64,000 nucleotides of DNA from Eledone cirrhosa (taxonomy: Eukaryota): the NCBI GenBank assembly GCA_964016885.1, contig OZ024742.1, positions 68,200,001-68,264,000 on the forward strand, written 5' to 3'. A model generated the notes under the pieces. It was not told the DNA's origin. It saw only the letters and a program-made list of their open reading frames with translations, and made no database searches. Below are positions 23,529 to 40,929 of this stretch, piece by piece (positions within the stretch are counted from its first letter, which is position 1; each line of letters starts with the position of its first letter). Made by a program: the position numbers and the translations under genes.

Positions 23529-26139
23529 ACATGGATTTTACCCCACGTTGAAATCTACCCGCTGTACCCTTGGATTTTTACCACCCACACACACACTGAC
23601 CAACAACCATACAGAAACATAGACACATTCAGACACTTGCACCATTCCCGCACACACACAACTACACACCTTACTCGAACCCACATCACCTACATACATA
23701 CAACGCATCCCCTTCTTTTAACCAGACACACACACACAAACGCACATCTACACATACACCCACACTTCACCCCACTCCGCCTCCAGATTTGACACATTTT
23801 CTTCCCATCCCCTCTTTCCAATACACACGCACATATACACCAACACCCATACGGGGACTATACACGCACAGACATACACTCCACCTCAACACACACACAA
23901 TGTTTTTTCAGAACCTACATTCACATACACTCGCTTCCTTCCAGACTCTCACACTTACATCCACACATAATCACAGCCCGGACTCTGATTTTCTCGTCTC
24001 ACCCCCTTTCTCTCTCCTTCCACCTCAACCCACCCCTATACACACTACCACACCCCTGCCATCCTGGACCTGTACACACTCCCACTCCCTTTATTTTCAA
24101 ATTTTTTTTAATTCTGTGTGCGTGCGCCCGTGTGTGTATTAGTGTGTGTATTTGTGTATGTATGTATATTTGGGTTCATATATTTGTGGGACACTTCATT
24201 GACTCTACCACTCATTTCCTTTGATGATCCTTAAAAATCTTGTGTAAAGTGTTCTGTGCAAAATCGGCAGCTGCCCATGCCACTAGAGATAAATGCAACG
24301 CGTCCTAAAACCGAATAAAAAAAAAACAAGAATATTGTACAAGATACGTTCTAAAAGGACCAAGTATGCTACTTTTATTGAAAATAGCAGGACAATTTCT
24401 AGACAATTTTGATAGTAAGAATAAGCAAAAGCTCCCACCCTTCACAAACACACATATTTTGCCAGACTAAAATATGTAAAATATTGTAAATACCTTTCAT
24501 AGGAATGAAAACACTTTTCCTACGTTTATATAACAGTTTTGAACATGGAATGAATACATTGCGAGATAGTCGCAATGTTTGGAAATCCGTCGGAGGGACT
24601 CTAGTTATAATTGGAATGAGTCACGCCGATCGCCCTGAGAATCATGTTACGGTTACACATGCCTGTAGAACTATTAGCAAATTACAGGTTAATATCACAA
24701 GCAGACTGATCGAACACTCATCCTCAAAACCGATGGTGTTCAGGGATCGATCTGACAATCAACTTACGCGTAAGATTTTTTTCTTGGATGTTCCAAACAT
24801 CTACTAATATTATTATTACTTCTTCCCATTATTGTTAGTACTACTAAAGGTTATTATTATTATAAATAATAAAAGTAATATTAAAATAAGTGATGGTTTC
24901 ATCTTTTGCTGACTATTTTATTGTTTGTTATAATTGAAACCTCGCGCCTTATTCAGGGATGTTTCAAGGAATCCACATTTATATTTATTTGTTATCACTG
25001 TTGTTTTTTTTTATTGTTATTACCGTCTTTATTGTTGCTGATGTTCTATCTATTGTTGCTGATATAGAATTGGAGTTTATCCAATTAACTGTTGCGTGTT
25101 CCGTTAGATATCCCATCAAAATTTATTAATTTAAAACAAAAACAAAACGGTAAAATTATTAAAGTTGTATATTTAATAATTTGAATTATTGCCAAGATTA
25201 GAATTGCTTAGAAATATTTCCCATTTTCATTCTCCATTCTTGTGAAAATCTTAAACTGAATACAAGTCATAAATTGAAAATATAAGCAGAAGACTGGAAG
25301 TCGTAAAGCTAAGGATCTATGTTTAAAGGTCAGAGTTGGACATATATTTGGAATTAGTTTATTATAGTTTCGTCACTTGTTTCAGCGCCATTAAATTTGT
25401 GAGACTCTCAATATGGGAAGTGATGTTAGGACATCAATTTTAATGTAATGAAGAAACCGTTTAAATAACATTGGAGTTACATGTGTAAATATAACTTTTC
25501 CAGCCTCAAGTCTCTCATCGTGGTAATTCATATACTAGACGAGAATTACAAAATATCTATTATGTGAGAAAGTAGGTCTAAGTGTAGTGTCTCGTATAGG
25601 TCTTGGAAGATAGACATAATTTGAGAAACGACAGAAGAGATGTGTATGCCGGAGAAAGTTTTGGGGAAAGTGATATGAAAACTGCTATATCCAAGAATCA
25701 GGGGTTACTGTAGCAGCGACAGTATTGCAGAAAAAAAGAGACAGTTCGTAAAAGTGCCTGTAATTGAAGTGTCTTTTTGTGACTTCGTTGCCTTTCTTTA
25801 ATGGCTACCTAGAATCTCTTTGGGTGTAGCAACAGTAACGTCCAAGATGAAGGAGCAGTATCCAATGTGATTCTGACATGAGTTTTGTAAAGAGTTAATA
25901 GGTGTTGGAGATAAAATGTTAGAACACCCGAGAGGAAATACAGTCTTCCTGATGGACTCGTTTGTAAAGTGAAGAAGTGTGCTCGCTAAGAGAGACACTC
26001 ATTGGTACAGCATTTATAATAACACTACTCTCCTTATTTATGTTACATATTTACAGATAGTTTGTATTGTCCTTGCTAATATCCCTTTATTTATAGGACC
26101 TGTTTCATTAAATGTCTTCATTTTATAACTATAGGGCAA

Positions 26140-26434
26140 TCTTGAGATTGTGAGTTCGATTCTCGGACCGAGTGATGCGTTGTGTCATTGAGCAAGACAC
26201 TGTATTCCACATTGCTCCAGTTTACTCAGTTGTAGAAATTAGTTGCGTCGTCACTGTTGCCGAGATGTATGGGTTTTCTTTTGCCTTTTCCTTGAACAAC
26301 ATCGATAGCGTGGTGAGAGGAAATTGGTATGCATGGGTGACTTCTTACATAAACAGCCTTGCCCGGACTTATGCATAGGAGGGGGAACTTTCTAGGTGCA
26401 AATCCCATGGTCATTCGTGACCGAAGGAGGTTTT
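26140..26434 (+). mobile_element. Second tRNA-derived SINE family
   Basis: B-box-like GAGTTCGATTCTC followed by GTGTCATTGAGCAAGACACT, a motif common in animal SINE central domains. Confidence 0.6.
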
Positions 26435-26744
26435 TACTCTCCTTATTTATGTTACGTATTTACTGGTAGTTTGTATTGTACATGCTAATATCACATTGTT
26501 CATGGTACCAATTTCCTCAGCAGTCTCCATTTTGCACATATTTAGCTACCCATCGTATCTCTTTAATAGAAAAAATTAGACTTCGTCCTGGTATATATTT
26601 AAAGCTAGTCGTACTGCATTTTACCATGCTACCACATTTATAATTTCCTTATTCGAAATGAAAAGTACCACCCATTAAGAGCGACGTAAGCTGTATACTA
26701 ACCTACAAATTTCACTACAAAATATTTATATTGTACTAATGAAT

Positions 26745-26945
26745 GTTTTCTGATATAGGCTCAAGGCCAATCATTTTGGGTTAGGATAAAGTTGATTAAA
26801 TTGACCCTAGTTAGTTACTGGTACTTTATTTAATCGACCCCGTAAAGATGAAAGGCAAGGCTAACCTCGGCAGGATTTGAACATGAAGGGACATAACTAT
26901 CCGCGAATCATGTTGTCCGATGCACTACCGATACTGCCAATTCAA
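26745..26945 (-). mobile_element. SINE family A
   Basis: Reverse-complement core plus TACCGATACTGCCAA head. Confidence 0.8.
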
Positions 26946-28047
26946 CTACCTTTATTGGCAACTAAAACCATTTAGATAAACGGTACTTCCGCATATTTTC
27001 AGCCAGATATATCTGACTTCATTATCAGCCCCTTAACCATGCTTACATTTTATCGCCTTTACTAAATTTGGAACCATGAAGCTTTGTCCAACAGATGTCT
27101 TCATAAGATCCTCGATCACCCAACCAAATAATCAGAAAAAAGTGCGAACAATATAACATTAGATTACAAAGTGATTTATGGTATTGATCTGCTTTATCGA
27201 TTGATTTTTGCATTCCTTTATTTGATTTTAAATTTTCTTTCTATTTATATTTTATGTTTTTATCTAATTTATTGTTTGATTTATTTATTTAGTTAGTTCC
27301 AATAACAAACATAAAAATCACCATAGAATGTCCATTAGGAAGGCCAGAGGAAAAGAGAAAGAGAGAAAACTAGAAAACCAATGTTTCTTTATACACGAAA
27401 CTATGCAGATTTAATGTACGTTGCAGAGCTAACCCATGGTTAAAGCAAATAGCCTGAATAGAGGGAAACAATTTGGAGCTAATTGCAATTAGACGGTGAC
27501 AAAAGAAGAACTATAAACCTTTTGAATCTCTAATTTGGAAGAGCGATTTTCTCTTGTCAACATAATCACAGGATGGATTCAGAGTCTATTGTTCACTGCA
27601 CTATATCAACCGCTCTCCTCTCTCTCTCTCTTCTATTACTCTCTCTATTTTTTCTCTAATTCTTCTGTATCTCATATTTTGCTCTTTAAACAAATGTGAA
27701 AAGTGTATTTGGAAATGAATATAAAGGGTGTAGGAGTTGTAGTAATAGTAGTGGTGGTAATTGTGGTATGTGTAGTAGTAATAGTAGGGGTTTTAGTGAA
27801 AATATGCTAAAAAGAATATAAAGTTTTTGTACTGGACCTAATGACATTTTTTTACATTGCTGCAGTTGTTTTTGTTATAATTGTCATTATTGTTGGTATT
27901 GTGGTTATTATTGTTCTTGTTGCTGCTGCGTCCATTAGTTACCCTGGTCTTACATTCTTGCATTGTTATGTTGTGCTATTGTTTATATAACGTCACCTTG
28001 TTAGTGCTCACATTGTCGTATTGTTTACACTGTGGTTGATATTGCAG

Positions 28048-28086
<39 letters not shown>

Positions 28087-28190
28087 GCTGTTGCTGCTGT
28101 TGTTGTTGTTGCTGTTGCTGCTGTTGTTGTTGTTGCTGTTGCTGCTTCTTCTGCTGTTGTTGTTGTTGTTGCTGCTACTGCTGCTGTTTT
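28048..28190. repeat. (GTT)n/(GCT)n microsatellite
   Basis: Directly visible. Confidence 0.95.
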
Positions 28191-30176
28191 CGTTATTACA
28201 GCTGATCTGGTCGTTGCTATTATTTAGCCCCAGGCCTAAAATTCAATATATTCCAGACTTGAACATGCATTCGTTTTAGATATATCTATAACTACATTTG
28301 TTTTTTTTATTTGTCCTTTACATTTGTTTCTAGGAGGTCAGACGTGGGATGTTTTGCAGTGTGGTAGAGAGATGTTGGGTAGTAAGGTCTAGTTGTATGT
28401 ATTTTTCTTTGGTGTAAAGCCATAGCGAACAATCAGAAATTCAAATCCATTCTAGCCGTAAGCATTCCTTCTGTTTATATCTAAAACTATATTATCTAAT
28501 GTGTCCTTCCTTACTTCAGAGAAATAGAGTGTAATTTGATAGATGTTCGCTAATATTCATAGGAGATTCAATGACCTCGTAGATACAGTAAGTTGTAGTG
28601 ACGTTCTGTAGAATAGTGTACTGATGTGTTGTAGGCTTGTTCATTTTGTTATTGTTTAGCCCTGGTCCGCCCTCCTCAAGCAGACATGATTATTCATATG
28701 TGGAAGTTTGATCAGCCAGAAATACAAGCCATATCTTCCGAAAAAGTCAAATATTATGCAATATGATTCAAAACCTGATTGGATGAGCAAGGTTTGACTA
28801 CCTTTCGAGTTGTGGTCTTCCCAATAAGAGCCAACCTAGGTATAAACAAACTAAAAGCAACAACAGAAACCTACCAATCACAAAACCAGCATATGTGTTC
28901 TTACATTTAGAAAATCGATAATGGATCTTCTGTGAATTTCGAAAATGTATATCCAATCGTTGATGAACTTAACGTCCGACTCGGGAATTATCGTCTAAAT
29001 GGTTCAGTAATCTATAGACACGTATCCCTTTAAGTTTTCTCAGAAACTATGTAACACAAACGGTGACAAAACTGGACCTTTGGAATACAGATACAATGCT
29101 ATTTTACTCACAGGATTTGGAATGACCCGAAGCTACTGTAAAAAGCATGTCTGTCTGTTTCTCTGGGTCTGTGTGAGTGCGTGGGTGCATATGTGTGTGT
29201 GTATGCGTATGTGTGTCTGTACATGTGTGCCCGTGTTTGTACGGTTAGGCCCTTTCTATGAGTTGACTGCGTCCATTCACGCACTAGCGTGCGTGTTTAC
29301 GCATCTATATATACGCACGACCCCATAACCACACATTTTCTTACCACCAACCCACACCAGAAATAGCAGTCAAAACTACAACAGAATACATACTTCCAGC
29401 TATACTCTCAGAACATCGGGAACAGATTTCAAAAACAAGAACAGGTTAACATCATTGGGTGCAATCGAGTCATAGGTTTTACATCAGAGTTTACCTCTCC
29501 TGGAATTATGTCCTAACAAAAATAAGATCTCTCACTCCCGGTGGGCTAATCACTGGCTCAGGCGCCAAACCGAATATTTCCATAGTCCCGCGCATACATA
29601 CATACATACATACATACATACATACATACATACATACATACATACATACATACATACATACATACAAATACACATGCATACATATACACATACATATATA
29701 CACAAATACATACATCCCTCCATCCATACATCCCTCATTCCATACATAGATAGATAGATACATACATACATGGTGGCTGCTAACTCGTTTTCGAGTACGG
29801 CCACTACTTTATATCCATGTAGGAGAACCCCTACCAATGCGCTGAACGAGTGTGACTTTTTAGTCCAGCCAGCGACTTGATAACTCTGGTACAAACACTA
29901 CACTTGTGACAATTATTGACACATAGTACTGTGCCCATTCTACCATGTGACGACAAGTGCAGAGACATCTCCAGATATAAAGCAATGCCTGTGCCGTGAA
30001 GCCTTTATTGTGAGTAAAGGCCCAGCACAACGCCAGTCCCACTCTCTTAAACAACTTGATATTTACCAAAAAGAAGAACAAGTCAACATCATTGGATACC
30101 ATCATACATACATACATACATACATACATACATACATACATACATACATACATACATACATACATACATACATACA

Positions 30177-30610
30177 TGCATACTCCACCCTGATTACACC
30201 TTCAGATTTATGCCTGTGATTATTGGTACACTGGGATATGTTAGTAACTGCCTAAATACAAATCTTGAGAAGCTAGGCTTCACAGAAACAGAAAAAACAC
30301 AACTAGTTAGGAAATTACAAGTACAATCCATTAATGGAACATTAAAAATATGTAAAACATTCCAAAAATTTTACATCTATTAACTGCATGTACACATGTA
30401 CAGATACAAAGCATATGTACATACACACATACAACTCAAAACATACACATCCACACATACAACATCCATATCTACACATGCAGACATGCAGACATAATCT
30501 ACCTAGTTGATGTTGTGTAAATTCCAATGAGAGAGTCTTGTGTCTATGATAGAAACCGACTCTCTCTCTCTATTGGTAAAAATTTGTGAAATTATAAAAC
30601 CAGAAGAACA
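30177..30610 (+). mobile_element. 3' fragment of the R4/Dong-like LINE (same family as 48518-51797)
   Basis: Closely similar to 51376-51797 (TFRFMPVIIG..GYVSNCLNTNLEKLGF plus the 3' UTR). Preceded by (CATA)n and followed by CATACATA. Confidence 0.9.
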
Positions 30611-31550
30611 TACATATGTGTAGCTATGTCTTTATCTGTAAACTCATCTATGAATACATTTTTGTTTTAGTAAAGATGGATTTTTGTAAAGATCTACCTA
30701 CACATTTATATATGTGAATATAAATACGTATGTTTATGTCATATGTTTGTATGTGCATGTGTGGCTATGTCTATACAGCTTTCATTGATATTCATACATA
30801 CACATATTAAGAAAACTTTGTCGCATTAAGAATGTTTCACATAAGTAAATCCTCAAAGGAGCAGCAGGATTGGTTTTATATAAAAGCTATTTGTAGAAAG
30901 AATGAGAGAAAAGATTATTTCTGTTTATATTTTACTCTCTTGTAATTTTCATGAACAGAAATATTTTATGGAAAACCTTGGCATAGATTGTTGTAAAAAT
31001 CGTATAAAACTGAGAACAAATCTCTGAGGAGAGACAAGTGAGATATAGAAAAATACATGTGTTGACAACAGCGAATGTCAGCCATTTTTTTGTATATGGC
31101 GTAAACAATGTTGCTACAGTCGTGTGTGTATGACATAGTGAATGGAGAAGACATTGCTTATTTATTCGTCCAACAGATAAAGTGGAATTGCCGATATGCA
31201 AAACAATAAAACTAATTCAGGAAAGTACCAACTGGTGATGACGAGGATGGAGCTGACTATAATGGTGTTGAAGCTAAGGATTATGGTGACAGCTGCGATT
31301 GTGGGAAGGGTTTGGTGAGTTTTATGGTATAGGTGGTGATGTTCGGAGTGTTAGTACACGTGTGAGAGCATGAGTGATTATAAGATGGAAATAGTTGCGA
31401 GGATATGTGAGAGAGTGCTCGTGCGTTATACCATATAGTGCCTTGCCATCACCAAATCTAGTAAAATTCTAATACATGTATTCATGTATGCATGTATATA
31501 TATATATATATTTGTGTGTGTGTGTGCATTTGCGTGCGCAAATATCTATG

Positions 31551-31588
<38 letters not shown>

Positions 31589-31601
31589 TATTATATATAT
31601 G

Positions 31602-31667
<66 letters not shown>

Positions 31668-32269
31668 TATATCTATATATATGTGTGTGCGGGTCTGTAT
31701 CCCGGGTTCAATCGGGGGTAACCACTGTAAGTAAGGTACTGAATACATAATAGAGTATATAAAATATTTGATATAGAAATGACTTCTACACCACTAGAAC
31801 TGTTTCATTCGAATGAGTCTTCTAGAAGCCATTTGTATATTAAATATTACAAACAAGTGTGTGTGTGGGGGGGGGTCTGTGTCTGTGTGTGCGTGTTACA
31901 CGAGAAAAAGTTCAAGCATAGAAAGGTATGCTAACAAAGTTTCGAGTTCAATGTAGCTTCGCGATCAGCTAAATAAGTCGAATTGATTTATCACAGGTAT
32001 AACCTCTCGGGTATTAAGAACAAATCTTCAAGTAAACGAATTCTACATGTATGAATGTTGAGGTAAATCATATGGATAATATGATGAGAATGTTATGCCT
32101 TAATTCGTTTATTTTATCTAAAGTATTCTGGTGACTAGTGTTGTAATTGGTAATAATCCATGTATTGCTTAAAAATATTGTGTTGTTTTTAATCTCTATA
32201 GTACTAGCATATTTCTCTTCTATTTCACCTCCATGCTTATCAAATTGTGTATATTATTATATATATATA

Positions 32270-32872
32270 TTAGCTGACGTATGCAGCTTTGCCCGGGTAA
32301 ACAGATGATAAGAGAAGTCAGGTAAAACAGAAAACGACTGTATTGGATGCATTGTCTGGTTTAAAGTATGAAGCAGGACACCATGGTGTGTGTGGGGGGG
32401 GGGTGTATGGGTGTGTGTGTGTGCGTGCGTGCGTGTGTGTGTGTGACAAAAAGAAATAGTAAAAATCTTCCAGATACACCTAATGTTTTTTCATCGTTCG
32501 TGCATAATATATGAACATTTCTATGTGTTCCTAATCGTGAACAACCCACATATAACTGTTCATAGGTAAAAACTGATTCTCTTAATTTCAACCCTACAAC
32601 CTTGAGACGCTGCCCCCGAGCTTTCTTTATGGTCATAGCAAAACTAGTTCTAAAAGGGAACTGAAATCTTGAGAATTTGAACAGCAGCTCTGTATACAAA
32701 CGGATGTGAGGAAACTTGCAAATAAATACATTTTCTCCTTGATGATTGCCTCCTAGTACAGTGACCTCTAGGAGATGGTTCATCATCCGACTGCCAGTTA
32801 AGCATGTATCATTGCATAGGCGGGGTTGGTCCACGTTTCTCGAAGGGATGATGGGAGTTCCAATCTTTTATA
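32270..32872 (-). mobile_element. Helitron remnant: PIF1-family helicase C-terminus plus degenerate 3' end
   Basis: KIGTPII..RNVDQPRLCN...RFQFPFRTSFAMTIKKARGQRL..VGL.L...FTYEQLYVGCSRLG matches late PIF1 helicase motifs. Minus-strand ACCCGGGCAAAGCTGCATAC...AGCTAA resembles the 3' hairpin plus CTRR. Confidence 0.85.
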
Positions 32873-32893
32873 TTATATATAGATATAGATAAT

Positions 32894-32979
<86 letters not shown>

Positions 32980-33371
32980 GGGTGTGTGTGTGCATGTCCG
33001 TGTGAGTGTGGGCATGTGCGAGTGCCTCAAATTGTGCGTGTGCGTGTGTATATGTGTGTATGTGTAAATCAGCGTTCAAATCCACGGAGATGCTGGCCGC
33101 GAAACGTGATCGTCACTGACAACGAACGCGCAGAGAGCCGTTATGGTTGATACCCAATCTACTAGAAATAGCAGTCAGGCTGGTTAGCATACCCGGGGTG
33201 TTCTTCTTCTTTGATGGTATGAAATTAGTATCAATAAACCTACCCAGATATACCCTTATTCCATTGCTGTACTTCCTTATATATACATATATGTATGTAT
33301 ATAAGTATGTGTGTATACATATATATATATATTGGAAAATGTGTGAAATCTTTCGTACAGTTAGGTATATT

Positions 33372-33556
33372 TTTAAAAAAAGGAAAGGAATGACTTCACT
33401 TGTAGTTCTAAACAATTTAATTTAATTTTATAATATGATTTTACAATTTGGTTTTGTAAATCTACAAAACCAAATTGTAAAATCATAATATTATAAAATA
33501 AAATTAAATTGTTTAGAACTACAAGTGAAGTCATTCCTTTCCTTTCCTATTTTTTA

Positions 33557-33558
<2 letters not shown>
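33372..33558. repeat. Palindrome (~90-bp arms) between (TA)n tracts
   Basis: AAAGGAAAGGAATGACTTCACTTGTAGTTCTAAACAATTT...TTTTGTA-AATC-TACAAAA...AAATTGTTTAGAACTACAAGTGAAGTCATTCCTTTCCTTT. Confidence 0.92.
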
Positions 33559-33632
<74 letters not shown>

Positions 33633-33819
33633 AAAATGGAGTGCTGCGTTATGGGTTACATATGAATAAAATTAGTCCTTCATCAGTGATCTTCCAACCA
33701 TCATTGGTATTTTATCGCTTTAAAAATCATATACCTCTAGGTGGTGCGAGCAATAACTAAATAAAGCCATTGGGACAAGTAAAATAGGGTGAAGCGAGCA
33801 ACGGATAAACAGATAATAA

Positions 33820-34090
33820 TAATTGTTTCTACTTTAGGCACAAGGCCAGCAATTACCCAGTGCATTACTGGTACTTTATTTTATCGACCCGGTAAGGATG
33901 AAAGGGGTCGATGAAATAAATTACCAGTATATATAATAATAATAAAAGTATATCTTTCATTTATTACTATTATTATCACAGTCTGAGTTCATTTCCTGCC
34001 GAGGTCAACTTACGGGGTCGAAAAAATAAAGTACCAGTAATGCACTGTGTATTTGCTGGCCTTGTGCCAAATGTAGAAACAATTATTATC
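33820..34090. mobile_element. Two SINE family A 3' halves in opposite orientation
   Basis: 33820-33905 minus and 33985-34090 plus, with a short extra core fragment between them. Confidence 0.75.
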
Positions 34091-34307
34091 ATAATACTCC
34101 AGATAAATGTTATTTGTCGAGTGCTTCGTATCTGGTATGAACATAACTCAGTTGATTAGATATCAACAAAGTCTTTAACTCATTGTTTATATACATATAT
34201 ATGTGTGTGTGTCTGTGTGTGTGCGTGTATGTGCGTCTGTCTGTGTGTCTGCCCCTCTCTCTGTCTGTCTGTCTGTCTCTATACATATATGTAAATATGT
34301 AGAGGGA

Positions 34308-34512
34308 GAGTTAATTTCACAACAATTACCTAACCATACATGAGAACACACGTCTCCCCTAAAAAAGGACAATCGACTCGTGTATGGTTATGGTGTGAGC
34401 GGATGTATTTCAAATCCATCCATCATACTATAACCATATACGAGCTGGTTATTCCTTTTGGGTGAAACGCGTGATCTCATGTATGGTTTGTAACTGATGG
34501 GAAAATAAACTC
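34308..34512. repeat. Degenerate palindrome (~100-bp arms)
   Basis: AACCATACATGAGAACACACG...TCGTGTATGGTTAT / ATAACCATATACGA...CGCGTGATCTCATGTATGGTT; centre near 34411. Confidence 0.75.
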
Positions 34513-34651
34513 GTCTGTTGGACTGCGTTCTTTATCAACTTTGATTATAATCTTCTGATATTTCACTACGCTATATATATATAATTTATGTGCGTTCTCG
34601 AATGGTGTCTGAAGAAAGGTACTTAATACGTTGGTAGAGTATAGGAATCTT

Positions 34652-34682
<31 letters not shown>

Positions 34683-34707
34683 ACTTCTACAGTACTAGAA
34701 GTGTATT

Positions 34708-34744
34708 ATTACTGATGATTTCATACGGATGAAACAGTTTTAGT
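34708..34744 (+). ncRNA. Candidate minimal type I hammerhead motif
   Basis: ATTA-CTGATGA-TTTCATACGGAT-GAAAC-AGTT-TTAGT between (TA)n tracts; the stems are weak. Confidence 0.4.
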
Positions 34745-34789
34745 CCTGCAGAAGTAATTTCTATATATAATAAAGGCATATATATATAC

Positions 34790-34860
<71 letters not shown>

Positions 34861-35058
34861 TGTGTGTGTGTGTGTATGTGTGTGTGTTTGTGTGTGTGTG
34901 TGCGTGTGTGCGTGTGTGCGTGTGTGTGCGCATGCGTGTGTGTGCGTGTGTGTGTGTTCGTATGTATGTATGGAAAACGTAAACAGAAATTTCAACGCAA
35001 ACGACGCAGTACAATGAAGAATCACATTAATGTAATGCTTGAAACAATAGAAAGAGGG

Positions 35059-35094
35059 TCTTAACGTTTCGGACACTAGTCCTTCATCAGAAAA
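35059..35094 (-). ncRNA. Minimal type I hammerhead, family H2, intact core
   Basis: Minus strand TTTT-CTGATGA-A-GGAC-TAGT-GTCC-GAAAC-GTT-AAGA, with palindromic ACGT stem III. Confidence 0.7.
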
Positions 35095-35204
35095 TAGAAT
35101 GAGAAATTTAAGAAGAAACAGAAAGACAGGGGAGAGTAAGCAGTAGCAGAAACGAAAACAAAATTCTTAGATATATTATTGTGTGTGTGGGGTGTGTGTG
35201 TTTG

Positions 35205-35241
<37 letters not shown>

Positions 35242-35884
35242 TACTTTCTTTAGTATCTTGGGAACAGTATCTTTATCATCTTGGGAATTTCAATCTTGAA
35301 TTAAAAATCATTGAAAGATTTTTATATTCCATTTTTCATGATTTTCTCTTGAAATATTTCCTTTCATATTCTTTAAATAATTTACTGAACCATTAAATAT
35401 TTTCATTGGTGGTGGAGGTTCTTTAATACTTTTTCTATTCTAATTATTATTTTTTTTTTTTTTTTTTTGCTCCGTTAGCAATGAATCTTTTCTAATGTTA
35501 CTTATCTATTTTATGAAATACTTCTTTATAATTATCAATACGATGCATTTATTTTATTATTAATGTTTTCGACCGATATTTGGTTTTTGGTTCAATTTAA
35601 AATAGGCGGGCAACAGACATATTTTGTGATGTGCGTTTTTATTTAATTCTCAATAATCATATACATAGATGCTTGACACACGCACGCATATAAACACGTA
35701 AATATGTATATTATAATACAGACAAATGGATGCAAGGAAGAAGACATGCTCATACACGGAAGTACATGATACATTCACGATCAAACATGTAAACTAACCT
35801 TTCCAATGCTGTGCACATAAACATAGTAAGACACATATACACAAGTATGCATTTATGTCTCATTATATCTATGTATGTGTGTGT

Positions 35885-38985
<3,101 letters not shown>

Positions 38986-40586
38986 ACTTACAATATACAA
39001 TTGCGTGATAGGCACTTATACACACACACACACATACATACATACACACACACACTAATACATACACACCCACTCACACATACTCAATAAGGTATTATGG
39101 CCAGAAGCCAACCACCCTCTTCTCATAGATCAATCCAACACAATATCGATCTGCCAAATAAGAAGAGACTCACTCTTCAGTGTGTGGAGATTTGTTTGTT
39201 CCCGAAAGACTTATGGCAATAACGGAAGGAATTTCACCATAATTGGATTTTTGTTTCTACATTCTGTAGAAACCTCACAAACAAGTAGAATATCATCATT
39301 ATCATCATCCACATGATGATGATCATCATCATCATCATCATTACCACCAGCAAAACAACCTCCACCACCAAGTAGTAGTATTTTCCTTGGGTAAATATTT
39401 GTCCATAGTAAATTTAAAACAACGTGTACTGATGACTCCTGCGTTGTAAATATTTGTAAAGGAACAACTATAACAATAACATCTTCTGATTGGCTTTGTA
39501 TTGACTTGAACTTTATTTTGTTTCCCCTTGTGGTAAAAAGAATATTATATATGAGAGGTGTTTTCTCACGATGATTATTAATCTTATTTTGATACTATTG
39601 CTTTCTCTTCCCTATTGCACAGATCAAATTTGGGTTGAGAAATGTTGATTGAGGGGAGAATTGAAATCCGTCAGCTACTGGTACTTACTAAAACTACGTC
39701 TCGAATTCAACTCCTGCCATCGTCAGCTTTAACATTCGTCCTTCAGGTGTCGATGAATGAGGTGTGAATCTAGGAGAGATAGACTGGTGAAATTATTAGA
39801 TCGTTGAACGAGATACTTTGAATTATCCACTTCGGCCTTTTGTATTTTGAGTTCCAATCCCGCACCTTATTCAATCTACACATGGACAAGTATGCCTAAG
39901 ATGAAAACAATTGCTGTGGCCTATTCCTAGGCTGTAACCTGTTGAATAAAGATTAAAACTGCCCGATTGTGTAACTTACTGAATTTTCGTATATGCCATT
40001 GTGGTATTTGTTCTGGCTCTTTACATACTTATTTCAAATTACGCCGATGTCAGCTTTGCCTTTCATCTGTCCGAGGTCGATAAAATAATGTACAAATTAA
40101 ATACTGAAGTTGATTTAATCAAATTTGTCTTTCCCAAAGATTTGTTGGTCCTAAGCTTAAAATAAAATCATTAATATTCTCCAAGTACTAGCAGTAGCAA
40201 ACGGGCAGCAACGTGGTGTGTCCTAACACAAACATGTAGTTCACTTCCTTTTGTGAGTGGGCATCTATAAATGTTTTGTATGTACTTTCTAAAATAATGT
40301 CTTATAAAGTTTATTATGTATTTCCCTATCTTTTTTCTCTTTTTTTTTACACACGTTATAAAAGGGTCTCTTTATATAATTTGTTTGAACCATCCAATCC
40401 GTTTATATATGACATTGACTCGACCATACCATTGCGTTTTATGATCCCTCTCCTTTTTAACGATTCGTGTAATTGTATGTATGAATGATAATGAATTCAA
40501 TTGTCATTGGGGGCTAGATAAAGACATAATTATCATCATTATCGTCATCATCCTCACCATCATTGTGTTGGTTTTTATTAGTATTA

Positions 40587-40778
40587 TGGATTGGCAGTAA
40601 TGCTAGAGGGTTGGACGCCATGCTTTGCAGCATACAGTTACGGCCCTTTACGGTCTGACTTCAAATCCCGCCGGGTTTAACTTTGCCTTTCATCCTTATG
40701 GGGTCGATAAAATAAAGCATCAGAAGTACACTGGTATAATTGCTGGTTGTGTGCCAAAAGTCGAAACATTTATTATTA
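40587..40778 (+). mobile_element. SINE family A
   Basis: Head TGGATTGGCAGTA, core, and ATTATT tail. Confidence 0.85.
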
Positions 40779-40929
40779 TATGTGAAAGTTCCTTTGAATT
40801 CTGCTTCTTGCCGAGTGTCAACCTGATACCTGAGGCAAAATTTGATAATACAATCATTTGGCATACAAACGATATCATAAACAAAACAGTATATATCTTT
40901 GCGAGGTATTTAAATTGATAATACCCTTC

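Noticed and set aside
29773-29850. Possible HDV-like ribozyme at the 5' edge of a fragment lying between (CATA)n tracts (GTGGCTG/CGGCCAC and CTCGTT/AACGAG pairings)
   Set aside because: The spacing leaves no room for P3/L3 and the P1.1 GG is absent; a simple hairpin explains it.
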